This document shows positions 47,094 through 58,128 of a stretch of 64,000 nucleotides of DNA, piece by piece; position 1 is the first letter of the stretch; each line of letters begins with the position of its first letter. This DNA comes from Minisyncoccia bacterium (GTDB taxonomy: Bacteria; Patescibacteriota; Minisyncoccia; Phycocordibacterales; CALRBL01), in NCBI GenBank assembly GCA_038227435.1, contig JBBRPW010000001.1, forward strand, positions 9,632 through 73,631. The letters run 5' to 3'. A program made the position numbers and the translations under genes. Under the pieces are notes generated by a model, which searched no databases, was not told where the DNA came from, and saw only the letters and a list, made by a program, of their open reading frames with translations.

Positions 47094-48995
47094 ATGTTTT
47101 CAGTACTACCTGGTATTCCAGAACAAGATTCTGCACGAAATGAATTAGCAAAATATAGCGATAGAATAAAACACCTGCTTTATCATAGAGGCATTAAAAC
47201 TGCCAAAGAGGCACAACATTTTTTGGACCCGGTATATGAGCATAATCATGATCCGATGTTGATGTCGGGCATGAAAAAAGCTACTGAACGTTTTTTACAC
47301 TCAATTGATACAAACGAACATATTGTAATTTATAGTGATTACGATGCTGATGGAATTCCTGGTGCAGTTGTGCTCGCCAGTTTCTTAAAGAGAATTGGTT
47401 ACACTAATTTTTCACACTATATACCTGACAGACACCTTGAAGGATTTGGTGTAAACATGGGAGCGATCGATGAAATAATTTATAGAGCAAAAATACATGA
47501 AATTCCGCATACTTTTTTATTAATTACCATCGACTGTGGAATATCAGATGTCGAACCAATTCAAAAAGCTAAAGATTTGGGAATCGATGTAATTATCACT
47601 GATCATCATATGCCTGGGAGTATTTTTCCTGCTGCATATGCCATTGTTAATCCCAAAATAAGTATTCAAGAGCAACAGGTATCTCCAAAAAAAGCAAAAA
47701 ATACAGAAGAATTAATTTATCCCTTCAATATGCTTTCAGGATCCGGTGTAATTTTTAAGTTTGTTCAAGGATTAATGTTACTCCGTGATTTTAGTGATAA
47801 AGGTTTTAAACCTGGCCATGAAAAATGGTTACTTGATATGGTGGGTATTGCAACAATGTCTGACATGGTTCCTTTAATTGGAGAAAACCGAATTTTTGCT
47901 CACTTCGGTTTGAAAGTATTGCGTAAATCTCCTCGAATTGGTTTGCAAACACTTCTTTCAAAACAGAAAATTGATCAACGCTACATTAACGAAGAAGATA
48001 TTGGATTTAGTATTTCTCCTCGTATAAATGCTGCGTCAAGAATGGGAAAAGCCGATAAAGCCCTTGAATTATTTTTGACCGATGATGAGTCGAAGGCATT
48101 AGAACTTTCAATTTATTTGCAGAAGTTAAACGATGAGCGTAAGGGATATGTTGCAGCTATTGTGAAAGATTTGAAAAAGCACCTAGAGGATGACCTTCTA
48201 GCTTCCGATAATTCAGACATTCCAAAATGTATTATTGTAAAAGGAAATCCCGATTGGAGACCATCACTTTTAGGACTAGCAGCAAATAGTTTAATTGAGC
48301 AATATAAATGCCCAGTATTTTTATGGGGGCGTGGAGAAGGAGGGACTATTATTAAGGGTTCTTGTAGAACTTATGTAACTGAAGGCATGAATGGGCATAT
48401 GAGTTTGGTTAATTTGATGCATAAAGCTGAAGAAATTTATAGCACTGAGCAGATTAAGAAAATCAAAAAAATAGATAAAGAAAAAATAGAAGAAATTAAA
48501 AAATTATTTCTTCATTGTGGAGGTCATGCAATGTCTGGGGGATTTGCTGTCGACCATGAACACATTCATCTCCTTCCTGAATATTTAGAAAAAGCAGTTA
48601 AATTTTATGCAAAAGATTTTTTAAATGAAAAAAACAATATTTCGAATGTACTCAAAGCCGATCTTGAATTAACACTCGATGAAATCGATATGCGTCTTTA
48701 TAATGAAATTTCGCAACTTGCACCATTTGGGGTAGGGAATCAAAAACCACTTTTACTCATTAGAAATGTGATTCCACAAGAAGTTCGTCAATTTGGTAAA
48801 GCTAAGGAACACTTTGAAATGAGTGCTCGAAATGGAAAAGGTCGCACGATAAAAATGCTTTGTTTTTTTGCGAAACCTGAAGATTTTCATGTTGTACCCG
48901 ATGTATTAAAACCTGTTTCAATTGTCGGGCACATTGAGCACTCTCGTTTTTTGGGAAAAAGTGAAATTAGGCTTAGATTGGTCGAAGTCTTCTAA
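47094..48995 (+). CDS. recJ: Single-stranded DNA exonuclease RecJ
   Basis: DYDADG, TIDCG, TDHH, PRINA, GGHAM. Confidence 0.95.
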   Translation: MFSVLPGIPEQDSARNELAKYSDRIKHLLYHRGIKTAKEAQHFLDPVYEHNHDPMLMSGMKKATERFLHSIDTNEHIVIYSDYDADGIPGAVVLASFLKRIGYTNFSHYIPDRHLEGFGVNMGAIDEIIYRAKIHEIPHTFLLITIDCGISDVEPIQKAKDLGIDVIITDHHMPGSIFPAAYAIVNPKISIQEQQVSPKKAKNTEELIYPFNMLSGSGVIFKFVQGLMLLRDFSDKGFKPGHEKWLLDMVGIATMSDMVPLIGENRIFAHFGLKVLRKSPRIGLQTLLSKQKIDQRYINEEDIGFSISPRINAASRMGKADKALELFLTDDESKALELSIYLQKLNDERKGYVAAIVKDLKKHLEDDLLASDNSDIPKCIIVKGNPDWRPSLLGLAANSLIEQYKCPVFLWGRGEGGTIIKGSCRTYVTEGMNGHMSLVNLMHKAEEIYSTEQIKKIKKIDKEKIEEIKKLFLHCGGHAMSGGFAVDHEHIHLLPEYLEKAVKFYAKDFLNEKNNISNVLKADLELTLDEIDMRLYNEISQLAPFGVGNQKPLLLIRNVIPQEVRQFGKAKEHFEMSARNGKGRTIKMLCFFAKPEDFHVVPDVLKPVSIVGHIEHSRFLGKSEIRLRLVEVF

Positions 48996-49028
48996 ATTCG
49001 CTAGAATAAGCCTATAAACAATTATTAT

Positions 49029-49853
49029 ATGGCACACGTTATAATTTTTACGGATGGATCAGCTCGAGGAAATCCAGGAAACGGTGGATGGGGCGCTGTT
49101 TGCGTCTATCCAAAATCAAGTGGAGAATTGCGTGTAGATGAGCTCGGCGGGGCTTCAGCATATACGACTAATAATCAAATGGAGCTCACCGCAGCAATTG
49201 AAGGCTTAAAAAACTTCAACAATTTTTATAATGATAACAAACTTAATACCACTAATGACGCCGAATCAGTTTTTTACACAATTTATACAGATTCTGCCTA
49301 TGTAATTAATGGAATTACAAAGTGGGTCTATGGTTGGCAGCAAAATGGCTGGATAACAAGCACAAAGCAAGAAGTTTCTAATCGCGATTTGTGGGAAGCA
49401 CTGCTCGAGCAAATTTCAAATAAAGAAGTTGATTGGAAATATGTAGGAGGCCATATTGGAATTGCTGGAAACGAAAGATGCGATCAAATTGCCACAGAAT
49501 TTGCCGACACAATTTTAAAAGGAGAGGCTGACTTAGCTCTTATTCAACTGTATAAAGGATCGTTGGTTGGTTATCCTATTAAAGTGTTAAATACAGAAAC
49601 CGGAGAATTAATTTTGGATGAAGACGGAGGAAGTAAAAGCGGTGGGAGCGCTGAAAAGAAAGCTAAAGCAAAGGAACGATCAAAAATTGCTGCATATTCA
49701 TATGTAAGTATGGTCAATGGAAAAATTGAGACTCATAAAACATGGGCAGAATGCGAAAAGAGGGTAAAAGGAGTAAAGGGGACACGTTTTAAGAAAGCGA
49801 TTTCAAAAAATGATGAGGATGAAATAAAGAAAGACTTTAGTTCAAATAATTAA
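49029..49853 (+). CDS. rnhA: Ribonuclease HI with C-terminal hybrid-binding (viroplasmin-like) domain
   Basis: FTDGS..GNPG, TNNQMEL, TDSAY, GNERCD; TWAECEKRVKG. Confidence 0.93.
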   Translation: MAHVIIFTDGSARGNPGNGGWGAVCVYPKSSGELRVDELGGASAYTTNNQMELTAAIEGLKNFNNFYNDNKLNTTNDAESVFYTIYTDSAYVINGITKWVYGWQQNGWITSTKQEVSNRDLWEALLEQISNKEVDWKYVGGHIGIAGNERCDQIATEFADTILKGEADLALIQLYKGSLVGYPIKVLNTETGELILDEDGGSKSGGSAEKKAKAKERSKIAAYSYVSMVNGKIETHKTWAECEKRVKGVKGTRFKKAISKNDEDEIKKDFSSNN

Positions 49854-49910
49854 TCAGTACTTTATCTGTTCTTAAGTAAAATATAACCTTCCTTATTTCA
49901 TAATCTCTAT

Positions 49911-51557
49911 ATGAGAAGTGAAATATTTGCGTATGTTAATTATAAGAGCACTCCTCTTGTCTCATATTATGTATTTATTTTTTGTATCAGTATTATTTTA
50001 GTTGAGTATGTAGCCTGGTTTTCTAAAAATATTTATGTAGTAAATGGTTTCTTAACCATATTATTAGCCTTTTTGATAGGTTTTAGGTTTTTATTAAAAG
50101 GAGGTAAAAAGTTTCTCATTAAATTTGTATTGAACATTGGTATCGTAACTATACTAGTTAGCGTAGTTGGCCTCAGTAGAACTTCTATTGTTCTTAAACA
50201 AGCTTCACCCGAATTATTCAGTAATCAAGTTGGAATTATTAAGTCGCATGGCGGTGTAATTCAAAGTGAAATTGAAAGAAGGAAGAACAAACAACGTTTT
50301 GTAGTCGAATTACACGAAAAGAATAGTTCCACTAAAGCATTAGTAACCACTTCTCCTTATCCCGAATTTCAATATGGAGACAATGTTCAAGTAAATGGAG
50401 CATTGCTCGTTCCACACGATTTTAAAACCGAAACAGGAAACTTATTTGATTACGATACATACCTTGCTAAAGACCAAATATTTTTTCTGATTAAAAATGG
50501 AAAAGTAGAAAAAGCTACGTTTCAACAAAATATGAGTTTTTTCGAAAAAATAAATTCAAAACTATATAAACTAAAAAACTACCTCGTTAATTTAATTGAT
50601 CACTCGTTACCTAGTCCTCAAAGTTCACTTTTAGCCGGCCTTTTAATAGCAGGGAAGAAAGCAATTCCTGAAAACATTATGAATGAGTTCAAAATAGCTG
50701 GAGTTGTTCATGTTGTTGTGTTGTCTGGCTATAATTTAACAATTGTTGCTGTGGCTGTGATGGCAATTCTTAAAAAAATTCCCCGAACTTTTCGTTTGGT
50801 TATTGGAGCCATATTAATTATTTTATTTTCACTGATGGTGGGTGAAACAGCTACGGTTGTTCGTTCTGTAATTATGGCAATAATCGCTTTATTTGCCGAA
50901 GGTATATACGAAAATTATAAGGCAATTCGTGCATTAGTTTTTACAGCTTTTGCCATGCTTTTTTATAATCCATTATATTTATTACATGATCCATCGTTTC
51001 AACTTAGCTTTCTTGCCACCTTTGGGCTCATGCTTGTATCGCCAATTTTAAACACTTTTTTAAGTAAATATGCTGCGTGGTTTCCAACTGCATTTGGCAT
51101 AAAAGAGCTATTTATAGGCACGGTTTCTACCCAAGTATTCGTTACTCCATTTCTCATATATGGAAGCGGACTCATTTCATTAGTGGCATTGCCCGTAAAT
51201 ATATTAATTTTATCTATTGTCCCAACTGTAATGCTTATAGGTGCAATCTACATGTGCATGTATTGGGTCAGTCATATATTACATTCGGGATTTATTTTGC
51301 TCATATTAAATAACGTCTCACTATTTATATCTTTCATCACATATCTCTTACTCAGTTATCAATTGTTCATCGTTCACTTCTTTGTTTCACTGCCAAATGC
51401 AGCAATATACATAAAACACGTTCCTGTTTGGAACGTGCTCATGGTTTATTTCATTGAATTGTCAGTTATTTTTTTCTATTTCAAAAAAGAATTGTTTAAA
51501 TCACTCTTTAGGCTAGGTTTCCAGATTGAAAACGTTTCTCTGACACCTCCCAGTTAA
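49911..51557 (+). CDS. comEC: ComEC/Rec2 competence protein (OB plus membrane competence domains)
   Basis: HVVVLSGYN, SFQLSFLAT, multiple TM helices. Confidence 0.92.
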   Translation: MRSEIFAYVNYKSTPLVSYYVFIFCISIILVEYVAWFSKNIYVVNGFLTILLAFLIGFRFLLKGGKKFLIKFVLNIGIVTILVSVVGLSRTSIVLKQASPELFSNQVGIIKSHGGVIQSEIERRKNKQRFVVELHEKNSSTKALVTTSPYPEFQYGDNVQVNGALLVPHDFKTETGNLFDYDTYLAKDQIFFLIKNGKVEKATFQQNMSFFEKINSKLYKLKNYLVNLIDHSLPSPQSSLLAGLLIAGKKAIPENIMNEFKIAGVVHVVVLSGYNLTIVAVAVMAILKKIPRTFRLVIGAILIILFSLMVGETATVVRSVIMAIIALFAEGIYENYKAIRALVFTAFAMLFYNPLYLLHDPSFQLSFLATFGLMLVSPILNTFLSKYAAWFPTAFGIKELFIGTVSTQVFVTPFLIYGSGLISLVALPVNILILSIVPTVMLIGAIYMCMYWVSHILHSGFILLILNNVSLFISFITYLLLSYQLFIVHFFVSLPNAAIYIKHVPVWNVLMVYFIELSVIFFYFKKELFKSLFRLGFQIENVSLTPPS

Positions 51558-52119
51558 GATTTTCAAAAAAAGCTTCAACATATTTCTTTTTTTCTGAAGG
51601 AACGAAGTCGAGCATGTATGAATGTTCCCACATATCAATTCCTAAAACAAAAGTTAGTCCATTTAATTGTCCTTCGTGCTGTTCTCCAATCCAATTATTT
51701 ACAAGTTTTTTCTGAATAGGATCATAACAAAGCACAGCCCATCCAATTCCTCTCGTCATTGCAATTGCTTTAAACCGAGTAAACCAAGCATCAAATGATC
51801 CCCACTCTGCCACAATTGCTGCATGCAGTGAATGTGCTTCTGTAAGCATATTCGCTCCACCTTCTAAGTTCTCAAAGTAATATTCATGATTTCGCATTCC
51901 ATCGAATTCAAATCCAAATCGTCTTTGTAGTTCTCCAAGTACATACATATTTTTTTCTGCACTTTCAGCGTCAGCAGATAATTCCTTAATCTTTTCAAGA
52001 ATTAAGTTTGTATGTTTTACGTATCCTCCATACAGTTTTGTATGTTCATCTATTGTCTTAGTGCTAATTCCTTTTAATTCTAGAATATTAAATTTTTTTT
52101 GTTCGTATGGTGTTGTCAT
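51508..52119 (-). CDS. Fe/Mn superoxide dismutase family
   Basis: NHEYYF, GIGW, DMWEHSY. Confidence 0.88.
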   Translation of the reverse strand: MTTPYEQKKFNILELKGISTKTIDEHTKLYGGYVKHTNLILEKIKELSADAESAEKNMYVLGELQRRFGFEFDGMRNHEYYFENLEGGANMLTEAHSLHAAIVAEWGSFDAWFTRFKAIAMTRGIGWAVLCYDPIQKKLVNNWIGEQHEGQLNGLTFVLGIDMWEHSYMLDFVPSEKKKYVEAFFENLNWEVSEKRFQSGNLA

Positions 52120-52168
52120 ATACGTAGTATGCGCTATATATAAAAACTTTCAATTATTCGTTTTATTT

Positions 52169-53128
52169 ATGTTTAAAATTCCCAATAAAAGCATAATCTT
52201 AGGCTTATTTTTAATACTGGTGTTAGTTCTGATGCTTTTTTACTATATACATTTCAAAAAACACGAATGTGATAATCCATGCATCACTATGTTCAACAAT
52301 AAAAATGTACCAGTTCTCATTGAATGGAAAGGATACACCTTACTCATTGGGGCGGGGGATGTAAATAGCACCCTAATTAATCAAATCGGAAAGGTACTTC
52401 CTTTCTTTACTTCATCATTAAACACTTTAATAACAGTAGATAATTCAACAAGTTCGAATATTGCCACTATTGATTTTTTAAAAAAATATAATGTTGAAAA
52501 ATTATTTGATTTAAATAAAAGTTTTATGAATTCAACAAGTTCAATTTTTTCAACGTCTACTGGCGGAATTAATTTAATAATTAGTAAGGAACTTTATGTA
52601 AGTAAATCAAAAAAAGTAGAACCTAAATTTGTATATCGAATTGAATTAGTAAATTCAGAAGATGACTCGAATAAAAAAGAGAATTTAATTTTTAAGTTCG
52701 ATGTAAACACCACAGTAGCTCAAAAAAAAGTTGGTTTCGGCAAAGCTGATTTTGTTTTTCTTAAAAATGTACCAGTTGGAAAGAAACAAGAGCATCACAT
52801 TACTGATTTTTTCAAAAATACTCGAGCTGAATATTTTGTTTCAATGTCGGGTGAATCAAAAATGCAAAGTAAAAATAATACAATATTTGAAATTGCCAAT
52901 TTTAGAACAAGTTCTACTCCAGAAAGTTCTAATCTGGGAAATAGTAAAATTTTATTTCCTCTTCTTATTCATCTCAATATGGAAAAACAGAATGAAAATA
53001 AAAATGTAAATGATGGCTCAATATTTTGCCGCCTTAATTATAATGAAAAAACAAACCACCGAATGGAGTGCGGTGGTAAGAGGGAATCGTTCTTTGGTTA
53101 TTTACTAATCAAGTTTGGGATTAAATAA
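52169..53128 (+). CDS. Degenerate ComEC-type metallo-beta-lactamase-fold protein
   Basis: TM helix then LLIGAG...IGKVLPFF..SLNTLIT, S.GE, DGSI resembling ComEC MBL but lacking HxHxDH; start trimmed to 52169. Confidence 0.5.
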   Translation: MFKIPNKSIILGLFLILVLVLMLFYYIHFKKHECDNPCITMFNNKNVPVLIEWKGYTLLIGAGDVNSTLINQIGKVLPFFTSSLNTLITVDNSTSSNIATIDFLKKYNVEKLFDLNKSFMNSTSSIFSTSTGGINLIISKELYVSKSKKVEPKFVYRIELVNSEDDSNKKENLIFKFDVNTTVAQKKVGFGKADFVFLKNVPVGKKQEHHITDFFKNTRAEYFVSMSGESKMQSKNNTIFEIANFRTSSTPESSNLGNSKILFPLLIHLNMEKQNENKNVNDGSIFCRLNYNEKTNHRMECGGKRESFFGYLLIKFGIK

Positions 53129-53363
53129 CCCCTGCGTCTTTAAGTGCTCGGTACGCACCTTTTTTGTGAATTGTTTTGATTGCATTAGTTGAAAGAGTCA
53201 TAGGAACAGTAATTCCTAATTCAGCAATAAAAATCCGCTTCTTTTGTAAGTTAGCGTATCTTCGTCGTGCGCCTGTAGGGTTGAATTGAGTAGCACGAGT
53301 TCGGTTTGAGTAACCTCCTCCATTGATACTGCTTTTTCCTGAAATTGGACAAACTTTAGCCAT
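53121..53363 (-). CDS. rpmB: 50S ribosomal protein L28
   Basis: MAKVCPISGK, RRRYANLQKKRIF. Confidence 0.92.
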   Translation of the reverse strand: MAKVCPISGKSSINGGGYSNRTRATQFNPTGARRRYANLQKKRIFIAELGITVPMTLSTNAIKTIHKKGAYRALKDAGVI

Positions 53364-53531
53364 AAAAATATTTATAAATGTTTAGTCCTACGATAGTACC
53401 AGCTCTTTAGGCCTAAGGCAAGTGGTTTAATAGCTATAAATTTAAACATTTAAACAATAAAATTCCTTGCAATATTGCCTCAATATAGTAATTTGAGTCC
53501 GGAAAGACACATCAACCCCAACTCTCATTTC

Positions 53532-53912
53532 ATGGCAAGTAAAACCGATCCTTTAACGTCACTCATTGAAACCATATTTCACCAAGACGGCTACACCCTT
53601 TATCAACTAGGAGAGGGTATGTATGTCGTGGCAAAGCTGCCACTTCGTATTCGAGATACGTACCGTCCGGAGCCCACAACGATTCATATCACTTGGAACC
53701 CTCTTCTTTGGAAATATGGAAATAACAATCCTGAAAATTGTTATCTCCGAACTGCGGTGACCTATATAAGACCAGATCACCTCGAGCAAGATGATACTCT
53801 CATTAATTTCCTTCGGAGAACTTTTACCCCACTTAAGCCCGGACTAGAGTTTTTTACGGCTCAACCGGAGTTAACAATAACCTCCGTTGTTGCGCCGAAT
53901 TCTCTTGGGTAA
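53532..53912 (+). CDS. Hypothetical protein
   Basis: Start trimmed to ATG 53532 after tcaacccc leader. Confidence 0.6.
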   Translation: MASKTDPLTSLIETIFHQDGYTLYQLGEGMYVVAKLPLRIRDTYRPEPTTIHITWNPLLWKYGNNNPENCYLRTAVTYIRPDHLEQDDTLINFLRRTFTPLKPGLEFFTAQPELTITSVVAPNSLG

Positions 53913-53968
53913 ACATAGATAAAAAACCACAAACCACTGACCCCAACGATAACTTCAAGGGGTCTGTT

Positions 53969-54469
53969 TTATTGTAATTGTTGTAATTGAAGTTTCTCTT
54001 CAATTTGCTTCAAAAGGGCTTGTTCAACTTCCGGATTAACGTCTTGAGCAGCAATGTACTGTGTCACTAGTTCAGGATTGTCACGCAAGCATCTGTAAAT
54101 GTCTTCTTTATGAGCCTGGTGCCAAACTTTAAATTCCTCCATTTTCTCTTGAGGGATATGGGCCAAGGTGTGTTCAAGTGCATGAAGTCTATCGAGCTTG
54201 TCTTCAATTATATCGAGAATTATATCAGGGTTGGCATTGTACAAATCTTCAAAATGTTCATCTGTATTTGTAAGTGCTCGAAGTATGATTCGAAATTCAG
54301 TCGAATTAAAATCAACCCAGTCCATTGTAATTTCATCTTTGTTTGCATTAGTATCCGAACTGAGACGGCGCTGCATTAATTTTATCTGTATTTGATTCAC
54401 AAATCTCGCGCTCATTTCAACAGACGCTTTCTTCACACTGTTTTCTATTGGAGGGGTGTCTATACTCAT
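53969..54469 (-). CDS. Hypothetical protein
   Basis: 166 aa helical ORF. Confidence 0.65.
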   Translation of the reverse strand: MSIDTPPIENSVKKASVEMSARFVNQIQIKLMQRRLSSDTNANKDEITMDWVDFNSTEFRIILRALTNTDEHFEDLYNANPDIILDIIEDKLDRLHALEHTLAHIPQEKMEEFKVWHQAHKEDIYRCLRDNPELVTQYIAAQDVNPEVEQALLKQIEEKLQLQQLQ

Positions 54470-54581
54470 ATAATTTTTATATATAGAATAAGTATAATCA
54501 ATTTACTATTTGCCGCTACCAGTCTGTTATATTATTTTTTAGCATTATTGACTTTTATTTATACTGAGACAACATGTAGAT

Positions 54582-55235
54582 ATGATTATTTTTGGAATTA
54601 TTGTATTGCTGATGTCGGTTGTGATTCATGAAGTTTCTCACGGCCTAGCCGCAAGAGCTTTGGGGGATAAGACTGCAGAATATGAGGGACGTTTAACATT
54701 AAATCCTTTAAAACATCTTGATCCTTTCGGTTCTATTATTCTTCCTCTCATTCTATTTCTAACACATGCAGGCTTTATTATTGGATGGGCAAAGCCAGTT
54801 CCATATAATCCGTATAACTTTGATATTAAATGGCGAAAGTGGGGTGACGCATTTGTGGCAATAGCGGGGCCACTCTCAAATATTTTACTTGCTCTTATTT
54901 TTGGATTGCTATTACGTTTTAGTCCAATGCTCATTGGTTTATTTGGATATGATTTAATTAATACAGAGGCAACAGTTCGAATACTTCAAACAATCATTCC
55001 ACTTTTTCAAACAATTGTAATTACAAACTTAAGTTTAGCTATTTTCAACTTGGTTCCAATTCCGCCACTCGATGGATCAAAAATTGTTTCTGCTCTTATC
55101 CCTTATCAATATAGAAATATCACCTATAAAATAGAGCGATACGCACTCCCACTGGCTGTTGTTGGAATGTTTATAATTTGGCCATTTCTTTCACCGGTGG
55201 TTTTTCGTTTGTATGATTTGATTGTCGGAATTTAA
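54582..55235 (+). CDS. Site-2 protease (M50 family)
   Basis: HEVSH, AGPLSN, FNLVPIPPLDG. Confidence 0.95.
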   Translation: MIIFGIIVLLMSVVIHEVSHGLAARALGDKTAEYEGRLTLNPLKHLDPFGSIILPLILFLTHAGFIIGWAKPVPYNPYNFDIKWRKWGDAFVAIAGPLSNILLALIFGLLLRFSPMLIGLFGYDLINTEATVRILQTIIPLFQTIVITNLSLAIFNLVPIPPLDGSKIVSALIPYQYRNITYKIERYALPLAVVGMFIIWPFLSPVVFRLYDLIVGI

Positions 55236-55264
55236 TTCTTGTAGATGTTTGAGACTTTATCACT

Positions 55265-56353
55265 ATGAAAAAACACTTCGTTATCTTATCTTTTTTCTTG
55301 GTATGTTTAACAATCTTGCTTTCAGCGATATTAATTATCGTTACAAAAGAAAATCAAAAATCAGCTGAGTCAGAAAACAAGTATACGAATAAAGTGATTG
55401 AATATGAATATATAAATGCACAACCAGTTATTCAGCAGAAAATAGTCAGTTCAAGTTCGCTTCTGTTTGTCGGGGATGTAATGCTCGACAGAGGATCTGC
55501 TATCCATGCGAAAAAATATGGAAAAGATTCACTCGTTAAAAAATTAGACAATTTATTATTTGAAAGTGACGTGGTCGTAGCAAATCTAGAGGGTACTGTG
55601 ACAAATAATCCCTCTGTGTCACTACAAGATAATTCAATTTTACATTTTACGTTCGATCCATCATTTGTTCCGTTTTTAAAATCGAATAATATTTCTGTTG
55701 TTAGTTTGAGTAATAATCATGCACTCGATTTTGGAAATGATGGATATGTTGAAACTAAAAAGTATTTAACAGATTCAGATATTAAATCATTTGGCTCGCC
55801 ATTAAATAACATCAACCTGTCTACTTCAATAGAATTAAAAAATCAAAAAGTTTGTTTCGTTGGTTATCATGAATTATATAATTCAGACGACACTAAAGTA
55901 GTTAATGAAATTAAAACAATTAAAATTGAATGTAATAAAGTAATTGTGACTATGCATGGGGGAGTAGAATATACTCACAAGCCAACTGATTCTCAAATGT
56001 TTCATGCTCATAATTTTATTGATGCCGGAGCTGATGTGGTGATAGGAACTCATCCACATGTTGTACAGCCTGTGGAAATCTACAAAAACAAAGCTATTTT
56101 TTACTCGCTCGGAAATTTTATATTCGATCAAGATTTTTCATTCGATACGACGCATGGGTTAACTGTACAAGTTGTATTTGAGGGAAATAAAACAACATTT
56201 AATTTAGTTCCAATCGATATTATTCGAGCACAAGCAGGTATATCAAATAAAGGGGATGGCGAAAAAACCTTACAAGTACTTATAAATGGAAACCTTCCTC
56301 CAGAAATTGTCTCACAGATCATGTCTGATCAAGCCTTTAGTCTTAGTTTTTAA
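55265..56353 (+). CDS. CapA-family (poly-gamma-glutamate synthesis) metallophosphatase
   Basis: GDVMLDR, NLEG, NNHALDFG, GTHPHV, YSLGNF. Confidence 0.92.
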   Translation: MKKHFVILSFFLVCLTILLSAILIIVTKENQKSAESENKYTNKVIEYEYINAQPVIQQKIVSSSSLLFVGDVMLDRGSAIHAKKYGKDSLVKKLDNLLFESDVVVANLEGTVTNNPSVSLQDNSILHFTFDPSFVPFLKSNNISVVSLSNNHALDFGNDGYVETKKYLTDSDIKSFGSPLNNINLSTSIELKNQKVCFVGYHELYNSDDTKVVNEIKTIKIECNKVIVTMHGGVEYTHKPTDSQMFHAHNFIDAGADVVIGTHPHVVQPVEIYKNKAIFYSLGNFIFDQDFSFDTTHGLTVQVVFEGNKTTFNLVPIDIIRAQAGISNKGDGEKTLQVLINGNLPPEIVSQIMSDQAFSLSF

Positions 56354-56447
56354 CCTTTCCTTTTGCAGTATATCTGCTAAGTTAGTGGCAGACATTCAAT
56401 CTCTTTTAAGGGGTTGGATTAAACTTGAAACTTGAAAACTCATACGT

Positions 56448-56903
56448 ATGAATCATGTACATGTAAGAAAAGTATGGTGCGAACTGTTTTACGCACTATT
56501 TGCACTCCTCGCGTCTCTGCTACTCATAAGTTCGTTATTTATGAGAAACAGTCTTAATTTCCATGGCTACTTTACCATTGGATTGATGTGTGCGCTTTTG
56601 AGCGCAACATTCAACTGGTTCAGTCAGTTTCGAAGAAACTACTATGAGCTCGACTATATGTCCCAAGCATACAACACGCTTTTTTACACGACCTTCGGTT
56701 ATGTAATAGGTTCTGTCCACATGGCGTGCCTCGATATAGGTGTTGGTCTGAAAGATGATTGTGGTTATGAAACGGCAATCATTCTTGCAGTTTTTATTTC
56801 GGTGTACTTTTTATTAATGACGAAGTACTGCGAAACTCGGAGGAGTTGCCCCCGTGGCACACCTCTCGATCGTGTATTACTAAGAATGATTAACTCAGAC
56901 TAG
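56448..56903 (+). CDS. Multi-pass membrane hypothetical protein
   Basis: About four hydrophobic segments; followed by a hairpin and T run at ~56922-56950. Confidence 0.6.
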   Translation: MNHVHVRKVWCELFYALFALLASLLLISSLFMRNSLNFHGYFTIGLMCALLSATFNWFSQFRRNYYELDYMSQAYNTLFYTTFGYVIGSVHMACLDIGVGLKDDCGYETAIILAVFISVYFLLMTKYCETRRSCPRGTPLDRVLLRMINSD

Positions 56904-57122
56904 ACTGCGTCCTCGGTTCAAAAGCTCTTCGAAAGGAGGGCTTTTTCTTTTACTTGAATCTATTCTATATATATGGTATTTTCTCTCTACGTCCTCTGTA
57001 TAGACCCTTATATATAGAGCATCGTATTTAATAGCGATAAGCTCAGTAGCCAAACAAGGTACTACATCTTGTAAGGCGAACAACGAGCCTTATCACCCGT
57101 AACAAATAAATAAATAATATTT

Positions 57123-57542
57123 ATGCCGACAATTAATCAGTTGGTGAAGAGAAGTCGAAAGAAAATTGCACGAAAGCCAAAAGCTGTCGCGCTTCTTCGA
57201 TCTTTCAACTCACTAAAAAATAAGCCAAAGTTTTTCCCATCTCCATTTAAACGAGGTGTATGTGTGAAAGTAACAACTAAAACTCCTAAGAAACCTAACT
57301 CAGCTATTCGAAAGATTGCCCGAGTTCGACTTACAAATGGAATGGAAGTTACTGCGTACATCCCAGGAGAAGGACACAATTTACAAGAACACTCAGTGGT
57401 AATGCTCCGAGGTGGAAAAGTAAAAGACGTAGGACTTCGATACACAATTGTTCGAGGACGATTGGATGCAGCCGGAGTAGAGAAACGAAGAAAAGGTCGA
57501 AGTATGTACGGAAACAAACGTCCAAAAGCAGCGAAGAAATAA
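57123..57542 (+). CDS. rpsL: 30S ribosomal protein S12
   Basis: [24 protein letters not shown]. Confidence 0.98.
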   Translation: MPTINQLVKRSRKKIARKPKAVALLRSFNSLKNKPKFFPSPFKRGVCVKVTTKTPKKPNSAIRKIARVRLTNGMEVTAYIPGEGHNLQEHSVVMLRGGKVKDVGLRYTIVRGRLDAAGVEKRRKGRSMYGNKRPKAAKK

Positions 57543-57577
57543 AAGTTTCGCTTACTTAAATAACTAATTAAAATATC

Positions 57578-58048
57578 ATGAGACGAAAAGTAAAAAAGCC
57601 AGCACAGCCAACAGCTGAAGCAAAATATAATTCAGAAAAAGTAGCGAAGTTTATTAACTACGTGATGCTTTGTGGAAAAAAAGAAGTTGCTCGAAAAATT
57701 GTATACCAAGCTTTCGATGTAATTAAGGAAAAAGAAAAAGTAGAAGATCCTATTGTTGTTTTCAACAATGCGCTTCAAAATACAGCCCCTATGATGGAAG
57801 TACGATCACGACGAGTGGGAGGTGCTAACTATCAGGTTCCTAGAGAAGTACGAGAAACACGACGAAACTTTCTTTCAATGAAATGGATTATCGACGCCGC
57901 TCGTTCTAAAAAAGGAATGGCAATGCACAAGAAGCTTGCCGATGAAATTATTGCAGCTTCAAAAAATGAAGGTGCAGCAGTTACAAAGCGAGAAAATACA
58001 CACAAAATGGCAGAAGCCAACAAGGCCTTTGCTCACTTTGCTTGGTAG
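57578..58048 (+). CDS. rpsG: 30S ribosomal protein S7
   Basis: RRVGGANYQVP, HKMAEANKAFAH. Confidence 0.98.
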   Translation: MRRKVKKPAQPTAEAKYNSEKVAKFINYVMLCGKKEVARKIVYQAFDVIKEKEKVEDPIVVFNNALQNTAPMMEVRSRRVGGANYQVPREVRETRRNFLSMKWIIDAARSKKGMAMHKKLADEIIAASKNEGAAVTKRENTHKMAEANKAFAHFAW

Positions 58049-58075
58049 TAACAAAAGACTTATTCATTTGTTATT

Positions 58076-58102
58076 AAAAAAACACCCTCATGGGTGTTTT
58101 TT
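58076..58102. terminator. Intrinsic terminator after rpsG, probably bidirectional
   Basis: aaaaaaacaccc-tcat-gggtgttttttt. Confidence 0.8.
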
Positions 58103-58128
58103 TAAACCGTATAGGTTTTTATAAATTA

